Position numbers and translations under genes: made by a program
NCBI GenBank assembly: GCA_044355085.1
Contig: JBIKYU010000002.1
Location: 634 to 64,633, forward strand
From: Rickettsiales bacterium
GTDB taxonomy: Bacteria > Pseudomonadota > Alphaproteobacteria > Rickettsiales > JBIKYU01
DNA: 64,000 nucleotides
Direction of reading: 5' to 3'
Shown here: positions 18,221 through 28,684 of the stretch, one piece after another
How the letters are laid out: every line of letters starts with the position of its first letter
How positions within the stretch are numbered: the first letter of the stretch is position 1
Notes under the pieces: generated by a model
The model's database searches: none
What the model was told of the DNA's origin: nothing
The model's input: the letters and a program-made list of their open reading frames with translations, nothing else

Positions 18221-18925
18221 TTATAACGCTTCTCTCAGCAAATATTTTTCTAGATCCTCAATGCCAGAAAAAGAACCAATTTCATAAAACCGCTCTTTTA
18301 CTACATGTGCAAATAACGATTTTTTCTCTGAAAGATTCTGCAACAACTCTGCTAAATCAAACGGCTCTTTATAATCAGAAAAAGCTTTTTTGTTACAAAG
18401 CAACAAACCGTAATCAATATATTTCATATCAGCACGAACTCTGCTTTTGTTATAATATACCATGTCATTTTGCAAAAGTGCTGCGTTACTAACGTCCCAT
18501 TGATTTGCATTTTCAAACACACTCATCATCACGTCACTTTTTAACTGCTGATAATGAAGCCACATTTTTTGCCAATCACAGAGCAAATAACTGTCGCCAT
18601 AAAGTATGAAAAAATTTTCTGATAATTTTGGCAATGCCTGCAAAATGGCTCCGCCTGTTCCTTTTGGCTCCGCGCCATCTTCAACATACTCGATTTGCAA
18701 AGAAAATTTTTTGCCATCTCCCGCGAAATTTTTAATCATCTCGCTACCGACACCAACACATAAAACTATTTTTTTAACGCCCCTCAAGCGCAACATGCGC
18801 AATTGATGCGCCAAAAATGGCTCGCCGCGCAACAAAACCAGCGCTTTAGGATAATCAACCGTTAGCGGATAAAGCCGCGTTGCCTTGCCGCCACATAAAA
18901 TCGCCACAGAGGGGAAATCTGCCAT
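18221..18925 (-). CDS. Sugar-phosphate nucleotidyltransferase (HddC-like)
   Basis: N-terminal AILCGGKATRLYPLT pyrophosphorylase signature, 234 aa. Confidence 0.8.
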   Translation of the reverse strand: MADFPSVAILCGGKATRLYPLTVDYPKALVLLRGEPFLAHQLRMLRLRGVKKIVLCVGVGSEMIKNFAGDGKKFSLQIEYVEDGAEPKGTGGAILQALPKLSENFFILYGDSYLLCDWQKMWLHYQQLKSDVMMSVFENANQWDVSNAALLQNDMVYYNKSRVRADMKYIDYGLLLCNKKAFSDYKEPFDLAELLQNLSEKKSLFAHVVKERFYEIGSFSGIEDLEKYLLREAL

Positions 18926-18940
18926 TTTGCTCTCGAATTA

Positions 18941-19924
18941 TTATTGCACCAAAACTTTTGTACCTTCAAAATCGAAGCGAAAGCGTATCTCGCGCAAACC
19001 TGCCGCACGCATTGCACTGCGCAGACGCAATTTATCTTCCGCATAGAACAACAGAAAACCGCCACCACCCGCGCCAACTAATTTTCCACCACGCGCACCA
19101 TTGGCACGCGCCAAATTATACCATTCATCGATTTTAGAATTTGTCATCCCAGGCGAGCGCTGTTTTTTCTTTTGCCAATGGAAATCCATAACATCAGAAA
19201 ATCCATTTAAATCGCCACTTTCAAGCAGTTTTTTGCTCTCGATTCCCATTTTTTTAATTTGATGTAAATTCTCTAACATCTCTGCATCAGAAGCTTTAGT
19301 TTTTTCATTCTGCGTTTGCAAAATACTTCCTGCACGCCGCGTATATCCTGTAAAAAACAACATCAAATTATCTTCAAGCGCGTATAAAGTATCTTCAGAA
19401 AATTTTATCGCCGCCACTTCCACACTATCATCTTGATTAAAATAAAACGCCCGCAAGCCACCAAAAGCCGCGATATATTGATCTTGCTTTCCAACTGGCT
19501 CTTTAAGTTTTTCTATTTCGATTAAACACGCAGCCTCGGCTAATTCTGACGCTGTAATTGGCTGTCTGCGCCATTCATAAAGCGCTTTCAGCAGCGCCGT
19601 ACCATAACTGCCTGAAGAACCCAGCCCCGTACCATCGGGAATATCTGCCATGCTTGTAATTTCAAGCGCCACTGGATCTTTAAACTCCAGCAGCTGCAGC
19701 GCTTCTCGCACAATTGGATGCTGCACCTCGGAAATTTTCTCCACCCGCTCATGACGCGAATATTTCACCATTAATTCGCCTGAAAAAACATCATGCAAAG
19801 TAATGTATACATATTTATCAATCGCCGCAGACATAAGAAATCCGCCATGTTGACGATAGTAAGAAGGTAAATCAGTTCCACCTCCACCCAAACTAATGCG
19901 AAGCGGACTGCGCACAATCATCAT
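18941..19924 (-). CDS. GHMP-family sugar kinase (HddA-like)
   Basis: GHMP motif II PDGTGLGSSGSYGTALLKAL and a C-terminal GAGGGGFLLF motif. Confidence 0.85.
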   Translation of the reverse strand: MMIVRSPLRISLGGGGTDLPSYYRQHGGFLMSAAIDKYVYITLHDVFSGELMVKYSRHERVEKISEVQHPIVREALQLLEFKDPVALEITSMADIPDGTGLGSSGSYGTALLKALYEWRRQPITASELAEAACLIEIEKLKEPVGKQDQYIAAFGGLRAFYFNQDDSVEVAAIKFSEDTLYALEDNLMLFFTGYTRRAGSILQTQNEKTKASDAEMLENLHQIKKMGIESKKLLESGDLNGFSDVMDFHWQKKKQRSPGMTNSKIDEWYNLARANGARGGKLVGAGGGGFLLFYAEDKLRLRSAMRAAGLREIRFRFDFEGTKVLVQ

Positions 19925-20898
19925 AATTTATACTCCTGCGCTTTTTCTATCAATTGCCAGATTTCTGCTGCCTCAGAAATATTTGCTCCGCGCATAATTC
20001 CAGCGGATTTTTTCTGCATATCCGCAATAAAAGCCAGCCACTCCAGATGCCAGGAATTATCTTCATCATAAAATATTTGTGAAACTTCCGGCGGCCCCAT
20101 TTTTTCAGACATTTTATAAAATGTCAGCGTCTCTCTGCCATAGCTGCCGCCCAAACCTTCAATCATTATTTTTCCTGTTTTGCCCATAATCTCGAAGGAA
20201 AAAATATTTTTCCATTCCGTCCATCCAGCCTGCAACCAAACGCGCGCACCTTTGTTATTTTGTAACGAAACAAAAGCAGTGTCTTCAACCGCCATATCCC
20301 AAAACAAGGTCGGTAAATCGGCGAATTTAACTTCAAGTTTTCCCAAGAACATTTGCGCTAAATCAAGCAAATGCGCACCCTGATCAACCAATTCTCCACC
20401 GCCTGAAATACTAGCATTCGCGCGCCATTCACGCTCATAGCCCAATCTTCCGCCGTGGCCATAACGCGCACGCAGAAACATGATTTCGCCAATAACTCCA
20501 AGCCCAAACAAACGCCAAGCTTCACAAATTGCTGGATGAAAACGATGATTATATCCAACGCGTACAATGACATTTTTTTGCGCGGCCAATTCCGCCAAGG
20601 CAAAACATTGTGCTGAAGAAATTGCCGCTGGTTTTTCTAACAAAACATGTGCGCTAGAAGCAACAGCGCGCATTGCTAATTCTTGCAATTGATTATGCGG
20701 AGTGGCGATGAAAAAAACATCTGCTCCAAGCTTGCACGCCGAATCAATATCGGCGACTAAAACCTCGCCAAATTTATTTTGGAAAGCCAAAGCGCGCTCA
20801 TTATCTGGCTCAACCAACGCCACTATTTGATCTTCTTTTGTAAGAGCAGCAGCGCGCTTAAAGCCGATCAAACCTGCACCAACTATTACGACTCTCAC
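19921..20898 (-). CDS. Gfo/Idh/MocA-family NAD(P)-dependent oxidoreductase
   Basis: N-terminal Rossmann VVIVGAGLIGFKR and an EKP motif (LLEKPAA). It has 4-bp overlaps with both neighbours. Confidence 0.85.
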   Translation of the reverse strand: MRVVIVGAGLIGFKRAAALTKEDQIVALVEPDNERALAFQNKFGEVLVADIDSACKLGADVFFIATPHNQLQELAMRAVASSAHVLLEKPAAISSAQCFALAELAAQKNVIVRVGYNHRFHPAICEAWRLFGLGVIGEIMFLRARYGHGGRLGYEREWRANASISGGGELVDQGAHLLDLAQMFLGKLEVKFADLPTLFWDMAVEDTAFVSLQNNKGARVWLQAGWTEWKNIFSFEIMGKTGKIMIEGLGGSYGRETLTFYKMSEKMGPPEVSQIFYDEDNSWHLEWLAFIADMQKKSAGIMRGANISEAAEIWQLIEKAQEYKL

Positions 20899-21884
20899 GC
20901 ACGCGCCTCAAAAACCCAATTGTTACTTTGTAACCAATCTACCGTTCTGCAAACTGAATTTTCTATCGATAAACCAGGCTGCCAACCAACTGCTCTAAGC
21001 TTGGCATTATCTAGAAAAATAAATGGGCTGTCGCCAATCCAACCACGCACTCCGCCGCTATAAACACATTGCGGAGAAACACCCAAATGCCCGGAAATCC
21101 AAGCAATTGACTGCTTCACATTAATATAATCATCATGACCTAAATTAAAAATCGACACTGGCTGCTGCGAATTTTCCATAACCAACAACATCGCCGCGAT
21201 GCAATCACCAACATGCAAATATGATTTGCGCTGCAAACCATCGCCTTGCACAAGCAGTTGCTCAGGATTTTCACGCAGCTGTTTTACGAAATCAAAAACA
21301 TGCCCATGCGTATAGCGTTCGCCTAAAATTGAAACGAAGCGAAAAATCCAGCTCGTAAATCCAAACCCGCTAGCATACGCAGATAACAAACCTTCTCCCG
21401 CCAATTTTGATGCCGCATATAACGAAGTTTGAATCGGAAATGGTGCTTGCTCAGGAGTTGGAAAAACCTCTGGCTCGCCGTAAACCGATCCCGTTGAAGC
21501 AAAGGCAATCCGCGTCACTCCAGCCAAGCGCATTGCTTCTAAAACCGATGCGGTGGCAATGGTGTTTTGCTCTAAATCTTTGCGTGGATGATTTGTGCCA
21601 AAGCGTACATCTGCATTCGCCGCTAAATGAATCACACAATCAGCGCCGCCAATCAGCGGCACCAGCGCGTTTGTATCTAGAATATCTTGCTGATGAAAAC
21701 TAAAACGCGGATTCGCCCTCGCCGCATTTAGAAAATTCTCAAAACCGCTGCTTAAATTATCTATCCCGACAACATCCGCACCGCGCGACAACAAAACATC
21801 GACAAGATTACTGCCGATAAATCCTGCTGCTCCTGTTACAATGTAACGCTTAAACGGCAAGCCACCATTATTCATTTTCACCAA
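20895..21884 (-). CDS. NAD-dependent nucleotide-sugar epimerase/dehydratase (extended SDR)
   Basis: TGAAGFIGSNL cofactor motif and the catalytic YAASK (YxxxK). Confidence 0.85.
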   Translation of the reverse strand: MVKMNNGGLPFKRYIVTGAAGFIGSNLVDVLLSRGADVVGIDNLSSGFENFLNAARANPRFSFHQQDILDTNALVPLIGGADCVIHLAANADVRFGTNHPRKDLEQNTIATASVLEAMRLAGVTRIAFASTGSVYGEPEVFPTPEQAPFPIQTSLYAASKLAGEGLLSAYASGFGFTSWIFRFVSILGERYTHGHVFDFVKQLRENPEQLLVQGDGLQRKSYLHVGDCIAAMLLVMENSQQPVSIFNLGHDDYINVKQSIAWISGHLGVSPQCVYSGGVRGWIGDSPFIFLDNAKLRAVGWQPGLSIENSVCRTVDWLQSNNWVFEARA

Positions 21885-21974
21885 TCCCTCTCTATGACAG
21901 ACAACGAAAACATGCGGCCAGAAATTTAAATTCTTCTAGTGCAGAAAAATAATCTGCGGTGCGCTATATGCGGC

Positions 21975-22481
21975 TTACGAGCTCGCATCAACATGTAAAA
22001 CAGCATGGCTGTAGGCTGCCGAATCAGACGCTGAAATTATCGCCGCTGCTGTCGATGCAACTACAGAAACATCAGCGATAGAATCAATTGATGATACATA
22101 TTTACATTGACCATCAATCGCCGCACCGTCTTGCACAGCAAGGCTTTCATAAATAATCACACCAGATACGCGCCCTGTTTCAGAAAGCGAAATCTGCTTA
22201 CCTTTTACCAAGCCACTAACTTCACCATCAATCTGTACATTTTGCGCCACAACATCTCCATGCACGCGTCCAGATTGCCGCACTGTAACTTGCTCACAGG
22301 TGATATTCCCCTCTACCATGCCTTCTATTTCTATTGAACCATGACTCAACAAATCACCAATAATTTTTAAATCTGAGGCAATGATTGAAGGCACATCGCT
22401 CCTTGCCAAGCGCGGCTCTTCTTGAGCAACCAATGCATTTTTAGAAGAATTTGATTCTTTACGCGATTTACTAGAAAACAT
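21975..22481 (-). CDS. Bactofilin (polymer-forming cytoskeletal protein)
   Basis: Repetitive beta-helix core IIGDLLSHGSIEIEGMVEGNITCEQVTVRQSGRVHGDVVAQNVQIDGEVSG flanked by disordered termini. Confidence 0.85.
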   Translation of the reverse strand: MFSSKSRKESNSSKNALVAQEEPRLARSDVPSIIASDLKIIGDLLSHGSIEIEGMVEGNITCEQVTVRQSGRVHGDVVAQNVQIDGEVSGLVKGKQISLSETGRVSGVIIYESLAVQDGAAIDGQCKYVSSIDSIADVSVVASTAAAIISASDSAAYSHAVLHVDASS

Positions 22482-23676
22482 ATCTACCTGCTTTTAAAAA
22501 ATGTTCCGGATCAAGAGGTTTATCATTGTAACGCACCTCGTAATGAAGATGAGTACCTGTACTACGTCCACTATTACCCTGTAGACCTAATAACTGTCCA
22601 CGCTTTATGCGATCTCCTGGACTCACAAAAATTTTATCTAAATGCGCATAGCGCGTTGTAATGCCTTGGCCATGATCAACCTCGACCATTCTGCCATATG
22701 CACCATGGACACGCGCATAAACCACAACGCCAGGTGCAGTGCTATAAATTTTTTCCCGATATAAACCAACCAAATCAACACCTGCATGCATTGCTGGAAC
22801 GCGGTGATAAGGATCCATGCGCGTACCAAAACCGCTGGTGATATAATAGCGCCTCATCGGACCCGCCAATGGCATAACGTGAATCATTTGCTCAAGCTTG
22901 AGCAAATAGGAAACATTGCGCTCGAAATCTTCGCGATCAAGACTCGGAATCCATTGCGATTGCTGATCCAGAGAATCAGCTGGAATAAACGGCCCGCCGG
23001 AATTAGCACCAGAAGAGTTGCCACGATATTTTCGATATTCCATCAATGCGCGTTTTAAATCGCCGTTATTGATTGAAAGCTCTTCCAGCTGCACGCCTGT
23101 CATGGCGATCACGCCTTCTAAAATAGAAATGCGTTCCTGCAATTTTCCACGAATATCCATCAGCACGCGCCCAACCGCTTCATTAGAAGCGTATGACTGC
23201 ACTTTTTCATCAACGATATCAGAATCGTTGTTAGCAACCAATCCTGGGGTCTGATCGAATTTTTGAATATGATCAAAATATTTATTCAGCTCGGCCAAGT
23301 TACTATGCAGATTCTCCACTTGCAGCTGTAGATCTTCGTTATTTAAATTCGTTGTCCAGATTTCATGTTCCTTCTCCGACAAAATACTTTCAAAGGCAAA
23401 ATATTTGCCCGAAGCATAAGAAACCCAAAGCATCAATGCGCCGACTACCGCCATCATCATCGCTTGCACGCGCGTAGAAATAGGAATGCTAACAATGCGC
23501 CGATCTGAAATGACAACGATTTTTTTATGGCGGAAAGCATGACGCATAAACTGCGCCAAAGCCTGCATCGGATGCATTGAGCGCATATGTCGGTAGCGCC
23601 AAGCACGCGGCTGTAATCGACGAAAAAATTTTAAAAATATCGACATTAACTTTTCCGACAAAAATGGTTTCAACAA
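22471..23676 (-). CDS. M23/LytM-family peptidoglycan endopeptidase with N-terminal TM and coiled coil
   Basis: C-terminal LytM domain with HAGVDL and HLHYEV zinc-ligand motifs. Its last 11 bp overlap the bactofilin start. Confidence 0.85.
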   Translation of the reverse strand: MLKPFLSEKLMSIFLKFFRRLQPRAWRYRHMRSMHPMQALAQFMRHAFRHKKIVVISDRRIVSIPISTRVQAMMMAVVGALMLWVSYASGKYFAFESILSEKEHEIWTTNLNNEDLQLQVENLHSNLAELNKYFDHIQKFDQTPGLVANNDSDIVDEKVQSYASNEAVGRVLMDIRGKLQERISILEGVIAMTGVQLEELSINNGDLKRALMEYRKYRGNSSGANSGGPFIPADSLDQQSQWIPSLDREDFERNVSYLLKLEQMIHVMPLAGPMRRYYITSGFGTRMDPYHRVPAMHAGVDLVGLYREKIYSTAPGVVVYARVHGAYGRMVEVDHGQGITTRYAHLDKIFVSPGDRIKRGQLLGLQGNSGRSTGTHLHYEVRYNDKPLDPEHFLKAGRYVF

Positions 23677-23945
23677 CCAAGGTCTAATCTATGAAAGACC
23701 CATAAAAGCCGCTACTTGCGACAAAAAACATTTTTACTGAAAAACTTCAAAGACAAAAGATTCGAGAATAAAAATCTCAATCAGTAAAAACGCTAAAAAG
23801 CTTTTTAAAAAAGCAACCAGCAGAGAAAATCTGCAAACAAAAAAGGGCAGGAAAACTAACAACAAAAACCAAACAAAACAAGCTCTAGTTAATAAAAAAG
23901 CACCAATAATTAGATGCGCCACTTATTCTGCTACGCTCAAAAAAA

Positions 23946-26146
<2,201 letters not shown>

Positions 26147-26150
<4 letters not shown>

Positions 26151-27184
26151 ACTCAACGCGCACAGTTTCTCCGCATGCGCAAAATAATGATGATGCGGAT
26201 TTGCACTTGCGCCCGCAAACACTGGCGGAATTTATTGGCCAAAGTCATGCCAAACAGAATCTCTCTGTCTTCATTGATGCCGCAAAAAAGCGCGGCGAAG
26301 CTCTCGATCACGTTTTGCTTTATGGACCTCCAGGCCTCGGTAAAACCACCTTATCACACATCATCGCCAGCAGCTTAGGCGTTGGATTTCGCGCAACCTC
26401 TGGCCCGCTTCTTTCAAAAGCAGGCGATATTGCGGCAATACTTACTAATCTACAGCCGCGCGATGTTTTATTCATCGATGAAATTCATCGTCTTCCTGCT
26501 GCTGTTGAAGAAGTTCTCTATCCCGCGATGGAAGATTTCTGCCTCGATTTAATCATCGGCGAAGGCCCATCCGCGCGCACTGTTCGCATTGAATTACCGC
26601 CCTTCACTTTGGTTGGCGCCACAACCAGAATCGGGCTGCTTAGCAACCCTCTACGCGACCGCTTTGGCATTCCAACGCGTTTGCAATTTTATAACGAAAC
26701 TGAATTATTCCAGGTTATTTCACGCGGCGCGCAAGTGCTTAATATGCCTCTTGCTCAAGCAGGCGCAACCGAAATTGCCAAGCGTTCACGCGGCACACCG
26801 CGTATCGCCATTCGCCTGCTAAAACGCGTGCGCGATTTTGCTGAAGTAAAAAACGCCGCAACCATCGACAAAGAACTAGCCGATTTTTCGCTCTCGCAAC
26901 TCGATGTCGATCATCTCGGCCTAGATAGCGCTGATCGTCGCTATTTGCGCTTTATAGCTGAACATTACGGCAACCAACCTGTTGGCGCAGAAACAATCGC
27001 CGCCGGCCTTTCTGAACATCGCGACGCGCTCGAAGAAACCATCGAGCCCTATCTCATGCAACAAGGCTTGCTCCAACGCACTTCACGCGGACGCATGCTC
27101 ACCCATTTAGCTTTCACGCATCTTGGTCTCACGCCGCCACCTTCCTCAAGCCCGCCTTTGCTTGATTTGCTCGAGGATGAGTAA
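26147..27184 (+). CDS. ruvB: Holliday junction branch migration DNA helicase RuvB
   Basis: [12 protein letters not shown], Walker [10 protein letters not shown] and Walker B LFIDEIHR. There is a 4-bp overlap with ruvA. Confidence 0.95.
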
Positions 27185-27186
27185 TC

Positions 27187-27591
27187 ATGCCGCATAATTA
27201 TTCCATAAGAGTTTATTACGAAGATACCGACGCAGGCGGCGTAGTTTATTATGCTAATTATTTGAAATTTGCTGAACGCGCCCGCACAGAATTTCTGCGC
27301 AGCCTTGGGTTTTCTCAACGCCAATTAGCCACAAATGAAAATACTTTGTTCGTCGTGCATCATGCTAATTTGCAACTTATCAGGCCAGCTTTCTTAGATG
27401 ATGAAATCACCATCAAAACCGCCGTTACCTTAAAACGCAGCACTTCGCTTGAATTCACACAAGTTTTTTATCGCGCTGAAAATATCATCAGCAAAGCGCT
27501 TGTTGAAGTTGTTGCCGTAAATAATTCTCTCAAGCCAAAACGTATTCCAGAAACGCTGTTAAACCTAATAAGAGGCCATAAAAATGGATGA
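27187..27591 (+). CDS. ybgC: YbgC-type acyl-CoA thioesterase (hotdog fold)
   Basis: VYYEDTDAGGVVYYANYLKFAERAR, located downstream of ruvB as in the ruvAB-ybgC-tol arrangement. Confidence 0.85.
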   Translation: MPHNYSIRVYYEDTDAGGVVYYANYLKFAERARTEFLRSLGFSQRQLATNENTLFVVHHANLQLIRPAFLDDEITIKTAVTLKRSTSLEFTQVFYRAENIISKALVEVVAVNNSLKPKRIPETLLNLIRGHKNG

Positions 27592-27733
27592 TTTACTCTC
27601 CAGCTTCTCATCTTTTTTTGAGGATATTATTCCGATGATTCAAGAAATCGGCATCGGCATTTTGATCATTTTGGGCCTAATCTTCGCCGTTTTTATCTTA
27701 GCACTACTTGCCATGGCGGCGCGCAATCGCTAA
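27584..27733 (+). CDS. Possible 49-aa single-TM peptide
   Basis: My own reading, too short for the ORF track: MDDLLSSFSSFFEDIIPMIQEIGIGILIILGLIFAVFILALLAMAARNR. Its ATG overlaps the ybgC stop (ATGGATGA). There is no similarity evidence. Confidence 0.35.
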   Translation: MDDLLSSFSSFFEDIIPMIQEIGIGILIILGLIFAVFILALLAMAARNR

Positions 27734-27765
27734 GGAAATATCTCTCAGACGACTGGAAGGTCTTT

Positions 27766-28497
27766 CTATTTATAAATAAATTGCGGATCTGCAGGGATAG
27801 AAATGCTGCAACCAGCATCAGGAGAAGTTTCTATATAATAGACCGTCGTTTTATCCGTAGCGCTATTAACTGATGTTTCCACAGAACAATATGAAATCAT
27901 CCTGCCAGCTTTAGGAAATCCATCATCTATTTTTCTATCCATTGCCGCCGCATATTTTTGAAGAAAAGGATAGGTTCCGCCAATCTCTGGATTTCCGTAA
28001 CCAGTCATAATGGCATTATGAGTCGCGTAAATACTACCATGACTATCGTAATTAGCACACCATTCAAAAGATGGGTTCATAGCTACAGCTGGAACATTCT
28101 GTCCGATATAAGCGGTGCTACCAGTGCCAGAAAAAGTTCCTGGAATAAGCCCAGCAAGTGCTAAATGCTGCCAAAACGTATATGTTTCCGCATTGCCAGG
28201 ACAATACCAAGTTCCATATGTTCCGTCGCCGTTACCATTCACTGCCGTAGACCAGTAGGTAGAAGCAGAAGGAAAATCACCAGGCATTGCCAGATATTCC
28301 ACTTTGAATTGGGATATCGCTAGCTGCACTTGCGCAACAAACGCTACATCTTTTCTCAAAGACGCTTGTTTAATAAGCGATCTTCCAGAAACCACTCCCG
28401 CCACAATCAACCCTATCACCGTAAGAACGATCGATAGCTCAATCAATGTAAACGCAAATATAGATTTCTTTCTTTTGCTCTCTAAAGAAAGTTGCAT
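27766..28497 (-). CDS. Prepilin-type N-terminal cleavage/methylation domain protein (pilin/pseudopilin-like)
   Basis: N-terminus KKSIFA|FTLIELSIVLTVIGLIVAGVV is a class III signal peptide with the conserved Glu at +5 and Ala instead of Gly at -1. The body is Gly/Thr/Tyr-rich and contains cysteines. Confidence 0.75.
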   Translation of the reverse strand: MQLSLESKRKKSIFAFTLIELSIVLTVIGLIVAGVVSGRSLIKQASLRKDVAFVAQVQLAISQFKVEYLAMPGDFPSASTYWSTAVNGNGDGTYGTWYCPGNAETYTFWQHLALAGLIPGTFSGTGSTAYIGQNVPAVAMNPSFEWCANYDSHGSIYATHNAIMTGYGNPEIGGTYPFLQKYAAAMDRKIDDGFPKAGRMISYCSVETSVNSATDKTTVYYIETSPDAGCSISIPADPQFIYK

Positions 28498-28520
28498 AAC
28501 ACCGCCCTGCCAAAGTTTAG

Positions 28521-28665
28521 GTTATGCCGTTTCATATTTTTAAGCATGAGTAGGAGATGTAAGTTTTTTATAGCTTTAAATGTACTAAAACGCACACATG
28601 AGCAAAAAAATAAGCATCTACAACTTAAGAAAGCTAAAAATATGTAATGGCATTATCTGCTACCA
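28521..28665 (+). repeat. MITE-like dispersed repeat, copy A (~145 bp)
   Basis: It aligns end to end with 50707-50828. The left 30 nt (GTTATGCCGTTTCATATTTTTAAGCATGA) match at 27 of 30, and the right end is GCTAAAAATATGTAATGGCATTAT versus GCTAAAAACATGTAATGGTATTAT. The termini are imperfect inverted repeats (TATGCCGTTTCATAT / ATATGTAATGGCATT). Confidence 0.7.
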
Positions 28666-28684
28666 AAGTTTTTATATTTTGTGA

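Noticed and set aside
23734-23922. A 62-aa very hydrophobic ORF (F/L-rich) between the M23 peptidase gene and guaB.
   Set aside because: It arises from an A-rich low-complexity spacer read on the opposite strand. It has no RBS and no similarity evidence.
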